Made by a program: the position numbers and the translations under genes
Assembly (NCBI GenBank): GCA_964016885.1
Contig: OZ024741.1
Span: 89,714,001-89,778,000 of the forward strand
Length of the DNA: 64,000 nucleotides
Source: Eledone cirrhosa
Lineage: Eukaryota
Reading direction: 5' to 3'
Shown here: positions 14,392 through 29,293 of the stretch, one piece after another
Position numbering within the stretch: position 1 is the first letter of the stretch
Layout: each line of letters begins with the position of its first letter
The notes under the pieces: model-generated
Told to the model about the DNA's origin: nothing
Database searches by the model: none
Seen by the model: only the letters and a program-made list of their open reading frames with translations

Positions 14392-15279
14392 TCTCGGGTC
14401 TCAAATAATAATTTTTCACATTTTTCACATTTTTTCCAACTACACTGCTGTTACATCCTACCCACTTATTAAATTTTGCTAACCTATTTCCGGCGAAATT
14501 TCATTTTTATTTTCTTTATACATTAAAAAACATTATACATAACAAAGAAAGTACATTTCTAGAAATCCCATACGTTATAAAATAAATAGGATGGGTTGGG
14601 TCTCAATATGTAAACTAAATTCTGAGTTAAAAAGAAAAATCAACCGGACAACCTAGAACAATTACCGACCTCCTCCCCCGCTTATTCCAACTCCTCCGCT
14701 GCTTTTTCCATTCCTCTATTATTTTGGACCCGGACATTCCTTTTATATATCATAAGATTTCACTCTGACGTTCTGCTCATCGAGTGCTTGAATTTCCGGA
14801 GAGGCGGAGAAAAGATGTAATCCGTGAGCTTGATCAGGGAACTAGCGAGGGGTACGGCTATCATGCTACCAACAATTTACAACCAGTTATACTATAACTA
14901 TATAACATCTACGCTGTACACTCTGGTCTGTGGACTAGGCATACAGTTCAGCTATTTCTTACCTTTTAATTCCCTTCACAATAACATTTTTTTAAAATTA
15001 TAATCATCTCTTTCCCACATATATATCCCCTTTAATATAACCTTTCCTCTTGTTCTTAATTAGTTTATTTATCAAATATACATGTTTATTTTCAATATAG
15101 AAATAATAAAAAAGAAGGGGAAACAAAAAGAAAGAAAGAATAGGGAAATATATTTAAAAAAATATAAAAAAAAGAGGAGAGAAAGAAAGCAGAAAAAAAT
15201 CGGGAAGGGGAGGGGATGGCAAGAGCTCTGGTGTCGCAGAAGAGAGGGAGGGGTGAACAGGGAAGGGTGATTGGGCTTT

Positions 15280-15515
15280 GGGCCTAGGGCAAGAGGGCAG
15301 GAGTGCTGCGCCTCACGGACAAGACGGCAAAAGCATTCCCCCGGACGATGGCCTGTGACACCCACTGCAACAGCCACGCAACCTCGCGGGGCTCCCTCCT
15401 CAGACGGACGACCGACGCTCCGATCTTGTGGAGTAACTCGGCAGTACGGGGTCCAAGTACTCCTGAGGTCTCGACGGCGACCGGTGCGAAGAGGAAGTGG
15501 CCGGACAACCCCCGT
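15280..15515 (-). pseudogene. CRE-like (RLE-type) non-LTR retrotransposon C-terminal fragment
   Basis: FAPVAVETSGVLGP..WLLQWVSQAIVRGNAFAVL fits the FxPxAxETxG..QRxSxAxxRGNA terminus. Second copy at 34140-34325. Confidence 0.75.
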
Positions 15516-15744
15516 TATTTGTTTATTTTACGTTCTTCTGCGAGGCGGGCTGAATTGGGAGGGACCCAAATTTGATCAATTTAGTTTCGCTGTTATTATC
15601 AAATATCGACCAAGATATATAAAACTTCGATATGCGATAAACTTTACATGTACATAAATTGTACTCGTATATATACAAATAGTGTTTTGGTAGCTTGGGG
15701 AGAAAAATATAATTGGGGGGGGGGGAGTAGTTTCACCACCTCTG

Positions 15745-15783
<39 letters not shown>

Positions 15784-15784
15784 T

Positions 15785-16171
15785 GATGGCTCTTCTGCAG
15801 GACAAAACTGCATTCTTTATATCTGTCTCAGAGACAGCTGATCCATCATCCACTGGCCCTCTCTGTGGCTCTAAGCCAGCAGAGACATAACGACCAGGCT
15901 GCTCCTTGACAGTGTAATTAGGGGCTCTAACCCTAGTGCTGTTAGATCGACTCTCCATATTTCTTTTCAATGGCTGACAATACCTTACCGGCGCCACTCG
16001 AATAAGGTAGTTATTTAACCCATAAAGGGAGCCCTAACAGGTACTACTACTCCGGGCCAGGGCAGACCTGGGAGTTATGACAACTAAGGGGTAACTCCAC
16101 ATTCCCCACAACTCCTGAACTCCCGAACTGGAGCCTTGCCACTGGATGTAGTTTAATGTCATACCCAGGAC
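15785..16171 (-). mobile_element. Probable inverted 5' end (UTR plus ORF start) of the adjacent RTE-group LINE
   Basis: Abuts the RT fragment in the opposite orientation. GC-richer, UTR-like sequence, then MESRSNS..AVLSCRRAIK ending at a T run and (TA)n. Confidence 0.5.
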
Positions 16172-17560
16172 ATGTAACCGGGCACTGGAGAAAGGAGTTG
16201 CTCCGAATCAGTGGAGGATCAGTAACATCGTCCCAGTGCCAAAGAAGGGAGATCTCTCTAACACCAACAACTACAGGGGATCTCACTGACGTCATTTGTG
16301 GCAAAGACCCCCAACAGGATGATTCTTAACAGGATCCAGCCTGAGATGGAGAAGAAGCTCAGGGACAACCAGAACGGCTTCAGAGAAGGAAGATCAACCA
16401 CCAGTCACATCCTGATGATGAGGAGGATATTAGAGGGAGCTAGAGCAAAGTGCCTTCCCGCGGTCATGGTTTTCATTGACTTTAGGAAGGCCTTTGATTC
16501 TGTGGACCGTTACTGCCTGATGAAGATCTTACAGGCTTATGGAATCTCCAAGAAGATAGTGGACCTGATATCACTGCTCTACACCAACACCAAAGCCCAA
16601 GTCATTACACCTGATGGGATGACAGAGTTCTTTGAGATACTGGCTGGAGTGCTCCAGGGAGATACATTGGCTCCCTACCTTTTTATCATCGTAGTGGACT
16701 ATTGTATGCGCCTTGCACTGGAGAAACACCAGGACTCTGGCTTTACTGTAGCACCGGCTCAGTGCAGGAGAGTTAAGGCGAAAAAGGTATCGGATGCTGA
16801 ATTTGCCGACGACATAGTTTTGGTGACAAATACAGTGAAGGAGGCAGAGGATTTAATGCGGGAGGTTGAGACTGTGTCGATGAGTGTGGGGCTGAGAATG
16901 AATGAGACTAAAACAAAATATCTGGTAGAGAATGTTGAGAAGCCAGAGGGGATCACTAATGTAGGCGGGAAGCCGCTAGAATTGGTTGAGGGCTTCCTGT
17001 ATTTGGGAGCAAAGATTGGGAATACAGAAGATGATGTGGTTGAGAGGAAGAGCAAAGCCTGGGCGGCGTGCCACAGCTTGAGATCGGTGTGGAAGTCGGA
17101 CCTTCCTAAAGACATGAAAATCCGCCTCTTCATTGCTGTAGTGGAGTCTGTGATGCTGTATGGGTCTGAGACTTAGACACTGACCAAGAAACTCACTCAG
17201 ATGGTGGATGGGTGCTACACGAGAATGCTGAGGATGGCTCTGAACATTAATCAGTATAAACTGAGGATGAAAAACTCAGAGCTGTATGGGAGCATCCCAA
17301 AAGTCAGCCCAAAAGTGACACAGAGGAGACTGAGGTTAGCTGGACATGCTCACCGACATCCAGAGTTGACATTGTACTCAGTGCTCCTGTGGGAGCCCCT
17401 ACATGGACACACTAGAAGAGGAAGACCAAGGTTAACGTATGTTGATGCCCTAAGGACAGACACTGGTCTGTTGGAGACGCAGGACATGGCAGCGATAATG
17501 AGGGACAGAGACCGCTGGAGAGAACTCGTCCATGGATCTCGGGAATTTTACCCGCCTTAG
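16172..17560 (+). mobile_element. RTE/RTE-X-group LINE reverse transcriptase and 3' end (pseudogenised)
   Basis: IVPVPKKGDLS..NYRG, NQNGFR, FIDFRKAFDSV, GVLQGDTLAPYLF, FADD, FLYLG, LYGSET*, RLRLAGH, GRP. Frameshift at about 16280 and stop at 17174. Confidence 0.95.
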
Positions 17561-17621
17561 ATATATATATAGATATATATAATGTGCGTGTGTTTGTGTG
17601 TTATGTTATATATATATATAA

Positions 17622-17808
17622 TTGTTTCTACTTTTGGCATCAGGTTAGCAAATTACCCAGTACATTACTGGTACTTTATTTTATCGACCCCGTAAGGATG
17701 AAAGGCAAAGTTAACCTCGGCAGGATTTGAACTCAGACCATAAAGGGACGTAACTATGCTGGAAAGCATGGCGTCCGACCCTCTACCGATACTACCAATT
17801 CACCGCCC
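17622..17808 (-). mobile_element. tRNA-derived SINE (main family)
   Basis: Near-identical to 12035-12218. Confidence 0.85.
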
Positions 17809-17849
17809 TTATATATATAATGAATGTGCGTTGTGTGTGTGTGTTATGT

Positions 17850-18023
<174 letters not shown>

Positions 18024-18062
18024 ATATTAAATAAATGGAAACTATATTTATAAAACCATATT

Positions 18063-18125
18063 TATTTTATTATATATATTTCAAGGGTACCAAAATAATT
18101 TGGTACGTTTTCTTCAGATAAAATA
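18063..18125 (-). ncRNA. Type I hammerhead motif (family A)
   Basis: tattttat-CTGAAGA-aaac-gtaccaaa-ttat-tttggtac-cctt-GAAA-tatata-TA-ataaaata. Confidence 0.8.
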
Positions 18126-18382
18126 CAAAGTTTGTTTTATAAATAGAGACATACCCAGGAAAATCATACCTTATCGGTTGGATATTCTCTGGATAGTGGA
18201 AATGTATTAGGGATTTTTCAAACTTATGGGTGAATAAGTTATAAACATCGGATTTCCAACAAATTAAATACCCCTTCTAGTTATATATATATTATCAGGG
18301 TAAAATTTCTTTAGTAAAAAATACGGTGAAAGCTATTCTATTTTCTAATTTCAAACCTGCTCACTGTTTCAAAACATACTTA

Positions 18383-18454
<72 letters not shown>

Positions 18455-19459
18455 GCATACACGGGTTGATTTACTGACCGTTGACGCTATGAGTTCATCC
18501 GCCATTTGGTGAGTTTTATTTTTCATCTCGCAAAGTGTCCCCAAATCGCCCTCGTCACCAAGCAGGCTTGGTATGGTTACCGTCTACTCAGCTTTACTCA
18601 TAAAGGAAAGAAAAGTATCCGATCGTCATATCGGCTTAAGAAAACAATGTTTACCTTGTTCTTCCCCTTGCTGATATTATCTACCGGTCACAACTCTCTC
18701 CTTGTAGAAAAAGCGATGTAAAAGAAGTATTTGCTCAAGAACACAAGAAGTCGCTTAGTCCAGCAATCGAATCCACGACCATGAGTCGAAACCCTTAACT
18801 ACTTAGTTACGCGCCTTCACAATACTTAGCTCAATCCAAGGTAATTGGTAGGAGGCATTTGCCCAAGGAAGAAAGCTTCTGTATGCGGAACCATGTTATT
18901 GTGAAGCCATGCATTGCACGATATATGAAACTATATACTGAAACTATATATGTGAAACTAAGTTTGTTCAAGAAAATCCTACGTAACTAGCTTCTTCTTT
19001 AATTCAGAAGTAGACGACGGCGATGACAGAAAGAGCGAACAACATTGACAAGACTGATTTATCAGAGAGGGCGTGACACGTCTTTAATAGAAAGATTTTG
19101 CGGTAGACTCGAAGAAACACTTCTTGACATTTTATAGGGCGGCTGTAATTCTATGACAAACATGTTTCCTGAATTATTTAAATGATTAAGTTGAGTTTTA
19201 TTTTGCAAGCCTAGGCATGAACCCTTGTGATACTCGAGAAATAAATAGCCTATTAAAATAGGGAGTTCAGTAAATCCTTATCAATGCAACTCATTGACAT
19301 GATTGAAACTTTCATCGACGATATCCAAAGCGTTCAGATTATGGACAGCAAATTTTCTTTTTTTACCTCTCACAACAATATTTAGGTCGGCTGCTAGCTG
19401 AGACACACACACACACGTCGCACACACGCACACACACGCACGCGCACACACGCACGCAC

Positions 19460-19564
<105 letters not shown>

Positions 19565-19679
19565 AAACGGTACTATTTTGTTTCAGGCCAATTATTCTAT
19601 ATATGATTGGCAGCGTCATTGTTTAGCAAAGTTGAACCAAATAAAGTGTAGAACACAGAACAATGTCTAGAGTATTATA

Positions 19680-22600
19680 GCACTACTTCCAGATGTGACT
19701 GACCACAATACTGTACACCAACATTACTTCCAGATGTGACAGACCACAATACTGTACACCAACACTACTTCCAGATGTGACTGACCACAATACTGTACAC
19801 CAACACTACTTCCAGATGTGACAGACCATAATACTGTACACCAACACTACTTCCAGATGTGACTGACCACAATATTGTACACCAACACTACTTCCAGATC
19901 TGACAGACCACAATATTGTACACCACCTCCAGATGTGAGAGTTCACACAACACTACTAACAGATGTGACTGACCACAATACTGTACACCAACACTACTTC
20001 CACATGTGACTAACCACAATACTGTACACCAACATCACTTCCAGATGTGACTGACCACAATACTGTACACCAACACTACTTCCAGATGTGACTGACCACA
20101 ATACTGTACACCAACACTACTTCCAGATGTGACTGACCACAATACTGTCCACCAACACTACTTCCAGATGTGACTGACCACAATACTGTCCACCAACACT
20201 ACTTCCAGATGTGACTGACCACAATACTGTACACCAACACTACTTCCAGATGTGACTTTCAACAATACTGTACACCAACACTACTTCCAGATGTGACAGA
20301 CCACAATACTGTACACCAACACTACTTCCAGATGTGACTGATCACAATATTGTACACCAACACTACTTCCAGATGTGACAGACCACAATACTGTACACCA
20401 ACACTACTTCCAGATGTGACTGACCACAGTATTGTACACCAACACTACTTCCAGATGTGACTGACAATAGTATTGTACACCAACACTACTTCCAGATGTG
20501 ACTGACCACAATACTGTACACCAACACTACTTCCAGATGTGACAGACCACAATACTGTACACCAACACTACTTCCAGATGTGACTGACCACAATATTGTA
20601 CACCAACACTACTTCCAGATGTGACAGACCACAATATTGTACACCAACATTACTTCCAGATGTGACTGACCACAATATTGTACACCAACACTACTTCCAG
20701 ATGTGACAGACCACAATACTGTACACCAACACTACTTCCAGATGTGACTGTCCACAATACTATACACCAACACTACTTCCAGATGTGACTGACCACAATA
20801 TTGTACACCAAGACCACCTCCAGATGTGACCACTATACTGTACACCAACACCACTTCCAGATGTGACTGACCACAATACTGTACACCAACACTACTTCCA
20901 GATGTGACTGACCACAATAATGTACAGCAACACTAGTTCCAGATGTGACTGACCACAATACTGTACACCAACACTACTTCCAGATGTGACTGACCACAAT
21001 ACTGTACACCAAAACTACTTCCAGATGTGACTGACCACAATACTGTACACCAACACTACTTCCAGATGTGACTGACCACAATACTGTACACCAACACTAC
21101 TTCCAGATGTGACAGACCACAATACTGTACACCAACACTACTTCCAGATGTGACTGACCACAATACTGTACACCAACACTACTTCCAGATGTCACAGACC
21201 ACACTACTGTACACCAACACTACTTCCAGATGTGACTGACCACTATACTGTACACCAACACTACTTCCAGATGTGACAGACCACAATACTGTACACCAAC
21301 ACTACTTCCAGATGTCACAGACCACAATATTGTACACCAACAGTACTTCCAGATGTGACTGACCACAATAGTGTACACCAACACTACTTCCAGATGTGAC
21401 AGACCACAATACTGTACACCAACACTACTTCCAGATGTGACAGACCACAATACTGTACACCAACACTACTTCCAGATGTGACAGACCACAATACTGTACA
21501 CCAACACTACTTCCAGATGTGACAGACCACAATACTGTACTCCAACACTACTTCCAGATGTGACTGACCACAATACTGTACAGCAACACTAGTTCCAGAT
21601 GTGACTGACCGCAATACTGTACACCAACACTACTTCCAGATGTGACAGACCACAATACTGTACACCAACACTACTTCCAGATGTGACTGACCACAATACT
21701 GTACACCAACACTACTTCCAGATGTGACAGACCACAATACTGTACACCAACACTACTTCCGGATGTGACTGACCACAATACTGTACACCAACACTACTTC
21801 CAGATGTGACAGACCACAATACTGTACACCAACACTACTTCCCGATGTGACTGACCACAATACTGTACACCAACACTACTTCCAGATGTGACTGACAACA
21901 ATACTGTACACCAACACTACTTCCAGATGTGACTGACCACAATATTCTACACCAACACTACTTCCAGATGTGACTGATCACAATATTGTACACCAACACT
22001 ACTTCCAGATGTGACAGACCACAATACTGTACACCAACACTACTTCCAGATGTGACTGACCACAATACTGTACACCAACACTACTTCCAGATGTGACTGA
22101 CAATAGTATTGTACACCAACACTACTTCCAGATGTGACTGACCACAATACTGTACACCAACACTACTTCCAGATGTGACTGACAATAGTATTGTACACCA
22201 ACACTACTTCCAGATGTGACTGACCACAATACTGTACACCAACACTACTTCCAGATGTGACTGACCACAATACTGTACACCAACACTACTTCCAGATGTG
22301 ACAGACCATAATACTGTACACCAACACTACTTCCAGATGTGACTGACCACAATATTGTACACCAACACTACTTCCAGATCTGACAGACCACAATATTGTA
22401 CACCACCTCCAGATGTGAGAGTTCACACAACACTACTAACAGATGTGATTAACCACTATACTGTACACCAACACAACTTCCCGATGTGACTCTATATTGT
22501 ACACCAACACCACTGCCAGATGTGACTGACAACAAGACAGTACACCAACACCACTTCCAGATGTGACTGACAACAAGACAGTACACCAACACCACTTCCA

Positions 22601-25203
22601 GATGTGACTGACAACAATACTGTACACCAACACAACTTCCAGATGTGACTGACAACAAGACAGTACACCAACACAACTTCCAGATGTGATTGACAACAAG
22701 ACAGTACACCAACACCACTTCCAGATGTGACTGACCACAATACTGTACACCAACACAACTTCCAGATGTGATTGACAACAAGACAGTACACCAACACCAC
22801 TTCCAGATGTGACTGACAACAAGACAGTACACCAACACCACTTCCAGATGTGACTGACAACAAGACAGTACACCAACACAACTTCCAGATGTGACTGACA
22901 ACAAGACAGTACACCAACACCACTTCCAGATGTGACTGACAACAAGACAGTACACCAACACCACTTCCAGATGTGACTGACAACAAGACAGTACACCAAC
23001 ACTACTTCCAGATGTGACTGACAACAAGACAGTACACCAACACCACTTCCAGATGTGACTGACCACAATACTGTACACCAACACAACTTCCAGATGTGAT
23101 TGACAACAAGACAGTACACCAACACTACTTCCAGATGTGACTGACAACAAGACAGTACACCAACACCACTTCCAGATGTGACTGACCACAATACTGTACA
23201 CCAACACAACTTCCAGATGTGATTGACAACAAGACAGTACACCAACACTACTTCCAGATGTGACTGACAACAAGACAGTACACCAACACCACTTCCAGAT
23301 GTGACTGACCACAATACTGTACACCAACACAACTTCCAGATGTGACTGACAACAAGACAGTACACCAACACCACTTCCAGATGTGACTGACAACAAGACA
23401 GTACACCAACACCACTTCCAGATGTGACTGACAACAAGACAGTACACCAACACAACTTCCAGATGTGACTGACAACAAGACAGTACACCAACACCACTTC
23501 CAGATGTGACTGACAACAAGACAGTACACCAACACCACTTCCAGATGTGACTGACAACAAGACAGTACACCAACACTACTTCCAGATGTGACTGACAACA
23601 AGACAGTACACCAACACCACTTCTAGATGTGACTGACCACAATACTGTACACCAACACAACTTCCAGATGTGATTGACAACAAGACAGTACACCAACACT
23701 ACTTCCAGATGTGACTGACAACAAGACAGTACACCAACACCACTTCCAGATGTGACTGACCACAATACTGTACACCAACACAACTTCCAGATGTGACTGA
23801 CAACAAGACAGTACACCAACACCACTTCCAGATGTGACTGACAACAAGACAGTACACCAACACCACTTCTAGATGTGACTGACCACAATACTGTACACCA
23901 ACACAACTTCCAGATGTGACTGACAACAAGACAGTACACCAACACCACTTCCAGATGTGACTGACAACAAGACAGTACACCAACACCACTTCCAGATGTG
24001 ACTGACAATAAGACAGTACACCAACACAACTTCCAGATGTGACTGACAACAAGACAGTACACCAACACCACTTCCAGATGTGACTGACAACAAGACAGTA
24101 TACCAACACTACTTCCAGATGTGACTGACAACAAGACAGTACACCAACACCACTTCCAGTTGTGACTGACAACAAGACAGTACACCAACACAACTTCCAG
24201 ATGTGACTGACAACAAGACAGTACACCAACACCACTTCCAGATGTGACTGACAACAAGACAGTACACCAACACAACTTCCAGATGTGACTGACAACAAGA
24301 CAGTACACCAACACCACTTCCAGATGTGACTGACAACAAGAGAGTACACCAACACTACTTCCAGATGTGACTGACAACAAGACAGTACACCAACACCACT
24401 TCCAGATGTGACTGACAACAAGACAGTACACCAACACAACTTCCAGATGTGACTGACAACAAGACAGTACACCAACACCACTTCCAGATGTGACTGACAA
24501 CAAGACAGTACACCAACACAACTTCCAGATGTGACTGACAACAAGACAGTACACCAACACCACATCCAGATATGACTGACAACAAGACAGTACACCAACA
24601 CCACTTCCAGATGTGACTGACAACAAGACAGTACACCAACACCACTTCCAGATGTGACTGACAAGACAGTACACCAACACTACTTCCAGATGTGACTGAC
24701 AACAAGACAGTACACCAACACCACTTCCAGATGTGACTGACAACAAGACAGTACACCAACACTACTTCCAGATGTGACTGACAACAAGACAGTACACCAA
24801 CACCACTTCCAGATGTGACTGACAACAAGACAGTACACCAACACTACTTCCAGATGTGACTGACAACAAGACAGTACACCAACACAACTTCCAGATGTGA
24901 CTGACAACAAGACAGTACACCAACACCACTTCCATATGTGACTGACAACAAGACAGTACACCAACACTACTTCCAGATGTGACTGACAACAAGACAGTAC
25001 ACCAACACCACTTCCAGATGTGACTGACAACAAGACAGTACACCAACACTACTTCCAGATGTGACTGACAACAAGACAGTACACCAACACTACTTCCAGA
25101 TGTGACTGACAACAAGACAGTACACCAACACCACTTCCAGATGTGACTGACAACAAGACAGTACACCAACACTACTTCCAGATGTGATCACAACACTGTA
25201 CAC
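19680..25203. repeat. 41-bp tandem satellite, about 135 copies, two subtypes
   Basis: Unit acactacttccagatgtgactgaccacaatactgtacacca. After about 22450 the dominant variant carries ..gacaacaagacagtacacc.. Confidence 0.98.
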
Positions 25204-25908
25204 GAATGTGGCCGCTGTAGAACTGAATTTTAAAGAAATTTGCTTCGCAATCATTAGGTCCCTGTTTCGATCTCATAATGGGGCACAAAATGTAAACTTG
25301 CCGCACAAACTGGGATCTAATCATTGGTGACATATCTGCAGAATCAAGGGTGATTTCGGACTACAAAACAGCTAACTGCGGCATTCCATTGCCCTTCCTG
25401 AACAGGATAGTATTACGCCAGAAAAAGAATGAGTGTGTAAGATGTAAAGTTCTTTTACGGAAGAAGATAGTATGAACACTATTTCGTGGGTGGTTTCAAA
25501 AATAATGTTTTTTGAGAGGGATGAAGGCGTGGGAAGTCGTACGAATGGGTGTTTGGGAAGACTGCTTACTGAAACTCACATATGTGAAATCCTTGTTGGT
25601 TCGTGACGTTATAGGAAAGTAATCATACATTACAAATATGTACACACACATACACATTTATTTATTTACATGCTATGTATGTATACATCCATCAATCCTT
25701 TCGTACATATATACTTACATACATACATTTACAAGTATACACATATAGATATATATATATGTATATATATATATACATACATGCATATATATATATATGT
25801 ATATATATATACATATATATATATGTATATATATATACATACATATATATTATGTATATATATGTACATACTTATATATGTATGTATATATATATATATA
25901 CGTACATA

Positions 25909-25945
<37 letters not shown>

Positions 25946-25986
25946 ATACACACACATATATATGTATGTATGAGTATATATATATA

Positions 25987-26018
<32 letters not shown>

Positions 26019-26092
26019 CACAATTTTTTATGTCTATATGCATATATATGTATGTATGTGTGTATATATACACACAATATATGTATGTATAA

Positions 26093-26137
<45 letters not shown>

Positions 26138-27993
26138 GAGACACACATATCTGTATGTGTGTATATGTAAATCTACATACATACATACCCCCCCCCCACA
26201 CACATATATAATTAAAATATGCAAATATATGTATATATGTACACAGACACACATACATATACAGACATCTTCAGATAGGTTCTGTGATTTTCTGATAAAG
26301 CCCTCCCTGACCACAATATGTTGAATATTTCAGTTATATTTGTGTGATGATAGATAGTCTAACCACGCGTGGACTTCAGTAAAAGCATAGCGATATATAC
26401 AACTATATGTAATTTTAAAACACCGAATTGGTAGTCGTGAGGGCGTAGTGTTAAAATGCCTCGGTCTTTGTTCCTGCTCAATACGCCCTGAGTTTAAATC
26501 CCGCCGAGTTCAGCATTACCTTTCATCCATTCGAGGTCGATAAAAAAAAGTACCAGTCCAATACTGTGGTCGAATCTTCCCCCTCCATCTGTAGAAGGAA
26601 TCGGTTATATTCCGACTTAGAGAGGATTTTGCTCTGTCAGGTTTAAAATGTCCACAATACACCGCGTGTCATGGCGGCGCCCTACGACTCCAGCAAGAGT
26701 TAAGAGCCCTATATGCCCCTCGCTTGTCTTGAGAATATACCAACTATACTGCGGTGAATTTGTTGATGTGGTTGTATTCCTTAGGCTAGAGGGAAGGACA
26801 GTGCTGATGACCTTTTTCTGAGTCTCCAAGTCTGATTGGAGGGAAGGAGGTAACTTCAAACCAGAGACATAGTCTGATTGCTTGCAACAAAATGGACTCC
26901 ACTAAGGGAATTAGATAACCAAGTAGTGGCGTTGAAGTGGGCAACTATTTATATCAATCACCTGATTGGTATAATAACTAGAGTCAATCTATTCATATAC
27001 TATGTCCCGCTGAATCTCCCAGAAAACCCTGTCAGTGAAATACTCAGTCACTTGCACGTTAAATTTCACGAGAAGATTGTTCCGTTGTTCGAACAACTGG
27101 AACACTCATAGTCGAAAGCAGCGGAAGTTCAATACAAGGTTGAAGGCTGGTCAATAACCACTAGAATGCAGATAAATAAACATATATGCTTATAGCCATG
27201 CGTATTACTCTTGAGTTCGCAACGTTTATTTCGACATTGACGAAGTTCTACGTTCAGTACAACTTCGGAGAGTCAGACTTTTACCATAGTCGACCCAAAC
27301 CTGCGAAAGAAAGTGGGTAGAGAGAAACTTCTTGAAACCTTTTGGGTGAACTATGGCTATACTTCAAAGAGTCAGTTTTGTTATACAATATGTCACGTCG
27401 AATCCCCGTGATAAAGAGAATAAGGATATACGTGTCTGTGAAAAGCTCAGCCCCTTATGCGCTAATTTAACGAGTAAGCAGAACAACTAGAACACCAGGA
27501 CAACTAGAACACTCATCGTTGTAACCAACGGAGGTCCATTTATTTACCTGTTAAAACAATTTCATTTTACTTGCATCAATATTGCTCTATGGAGAAACAT
27601 GAAGCACCTCCATTTCAGTTGAATTCCTTGTCGGATATCACAGCATTTACATTGATATACATACCTTAAATTCCAGGTACCGAACAGTCTGAATAAAAAT
27701 TCTTGTGTCTGCTTCTAAGGCGTCCATATGTAACAGATAATAATAACTTGACTAAATGACGATAGCACATTGCTTTGATACGATTTACAGATGAAGATGT
27801 TTAATTTAATACGGCGGAAGATGATAGCAATACTGTGGCTAAACAAATAATAACAAAAAGATTTTAAAAGATAAACAGTAACAACATCACACAAGGTCAT
27901 CAATAACATTTTATTCATTCTCACTAAATATCTCAAGCTTTGTGCTTATCTCTCTGTCTGTATGTCTGTCTATCTGTCCATCTCTCTCTCTCT

Positions 27994-28041
<48 letters not shown>

Positions 28042-28064
28042 CTCTCTGATCTCTCTCTCTCTCC

Positions 28065-28095
<31 letters not shown>

Positions 28096-28140
28096 GTAAT
28101 AATAATTATGAAGACCAAATTCGTAATAGGGAAAAAGCAG

Positions 28141-28193
<53 letters not shown>

Positions 28194-28704
28194 ATATCCT
28201 CCTCCCCACACTCTCTCTCTATATATATATTATCTGCTGTTTACCGGGCAACCGCACAGAACCACTAGTACTAGAAAGATAACCTAGAGTATATTTTTGT
28301 ATGAGAGTAAGGCAGTAAAGTCAATGATTGAGAAAATATTGGCAATGATTGACGTTAGTTGGAAACATAACATTTATTGTTGCGGCTACTTAGCCCAATG
28401 TTAGCCGCGATTTATAATGAAAATGTTCTAACCATGACCATCAGTCTTTTTGAATATCAAAGTATGATAGTTAATAGAATCTTCTTATAGAACCTGCTAT
28501 ATTTTACCTTACAGTTTCTTCCCAAAACAAATGATGACATATATTCCTCTTCTTGTGTTCTCGTGTCAAGGATTTAAGAGGGCCATTACGACATAGGGGA
28601 GAAGAACAGCGGGCCAAAACTTAGATGAGGTAGAGGGCGTGGCGTGATTTTCAACAGTTATAATGCTAATTTGCAAAACAACTGATTTATTAATAAATAG
28701 AAAT

Positions 28705-29142
28705 AGAAGCTTTCGCCGTATTTTTTTTTACTAAAGAAATTTTAGCTAAAAATTTTTTAGTCAAAAAAATGCGGCAACAGCTTCTATTTCTATTTTCAAA
28801 CTCGCTGTTTTAAAAACAAACTGATATGTTATTTTCTTTTCATCAAAATGAATACACATTTGATACTAAGTGGGACATATGACCCTATATATAAATTTGA
28901 GCGATTTCCGTCCGTCCTTCCGTCACACACTAGAAATAACTGAGGAAGGAAGGGGTGATGACGTCGCACACTAGAGATAATTGAGGAAGGAAGGGGTGAT
29001 GACGTCATGCACTAGAGATGACTGAGGAAGGAAGGGGTGATGACACACTACAGAAAACAGCGTCTAACATTCACTACAATCTACATACCCACACGCACAC
29101 ACATATACATATACACATCAGCGTGTTGAAAAAAATTCTAGT
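28705..29142. repeat. Hairpin plus three 41-bp tandem units; possible non-autonomous rolling-circle element
   Basis: aaatagaagc..gccgtatttttt / aaaaaatgcggc..gcttctattt inverted repeat, then ccgtccgtcc, three copies of cactagagataactgaggaaggaaggggtgatgacgtc (28925-29050), and a terminal CTAG near 29140. Confidence 0.45.
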
Positions 29143-29293
29143 TAGTACAAAATGTAGGGAAACAAATTTTCCCATTCAAAGCTTTCTTAATTAGTCACGA
29201 ACATTTTTCTGCCCCCCAAAGTAGTTTGTGGACCGCACGTGGTCAGCGATTACAAAGCTACAGCAATGCAATTGGAACATTAAACGTCAATGA

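Noticed and set aside
22436-25172. Long Cys/Val-rich ORFs up to 765 aa
   Set aside because: All three - strand frames give the same 41-aa repeat; this is a by-product of a stop-poor satellite.
19680-25203. CRISPR array
   Set aside because: Contiguous 41-bp units with no unique spacers, no cas genes, eukaryotic context.
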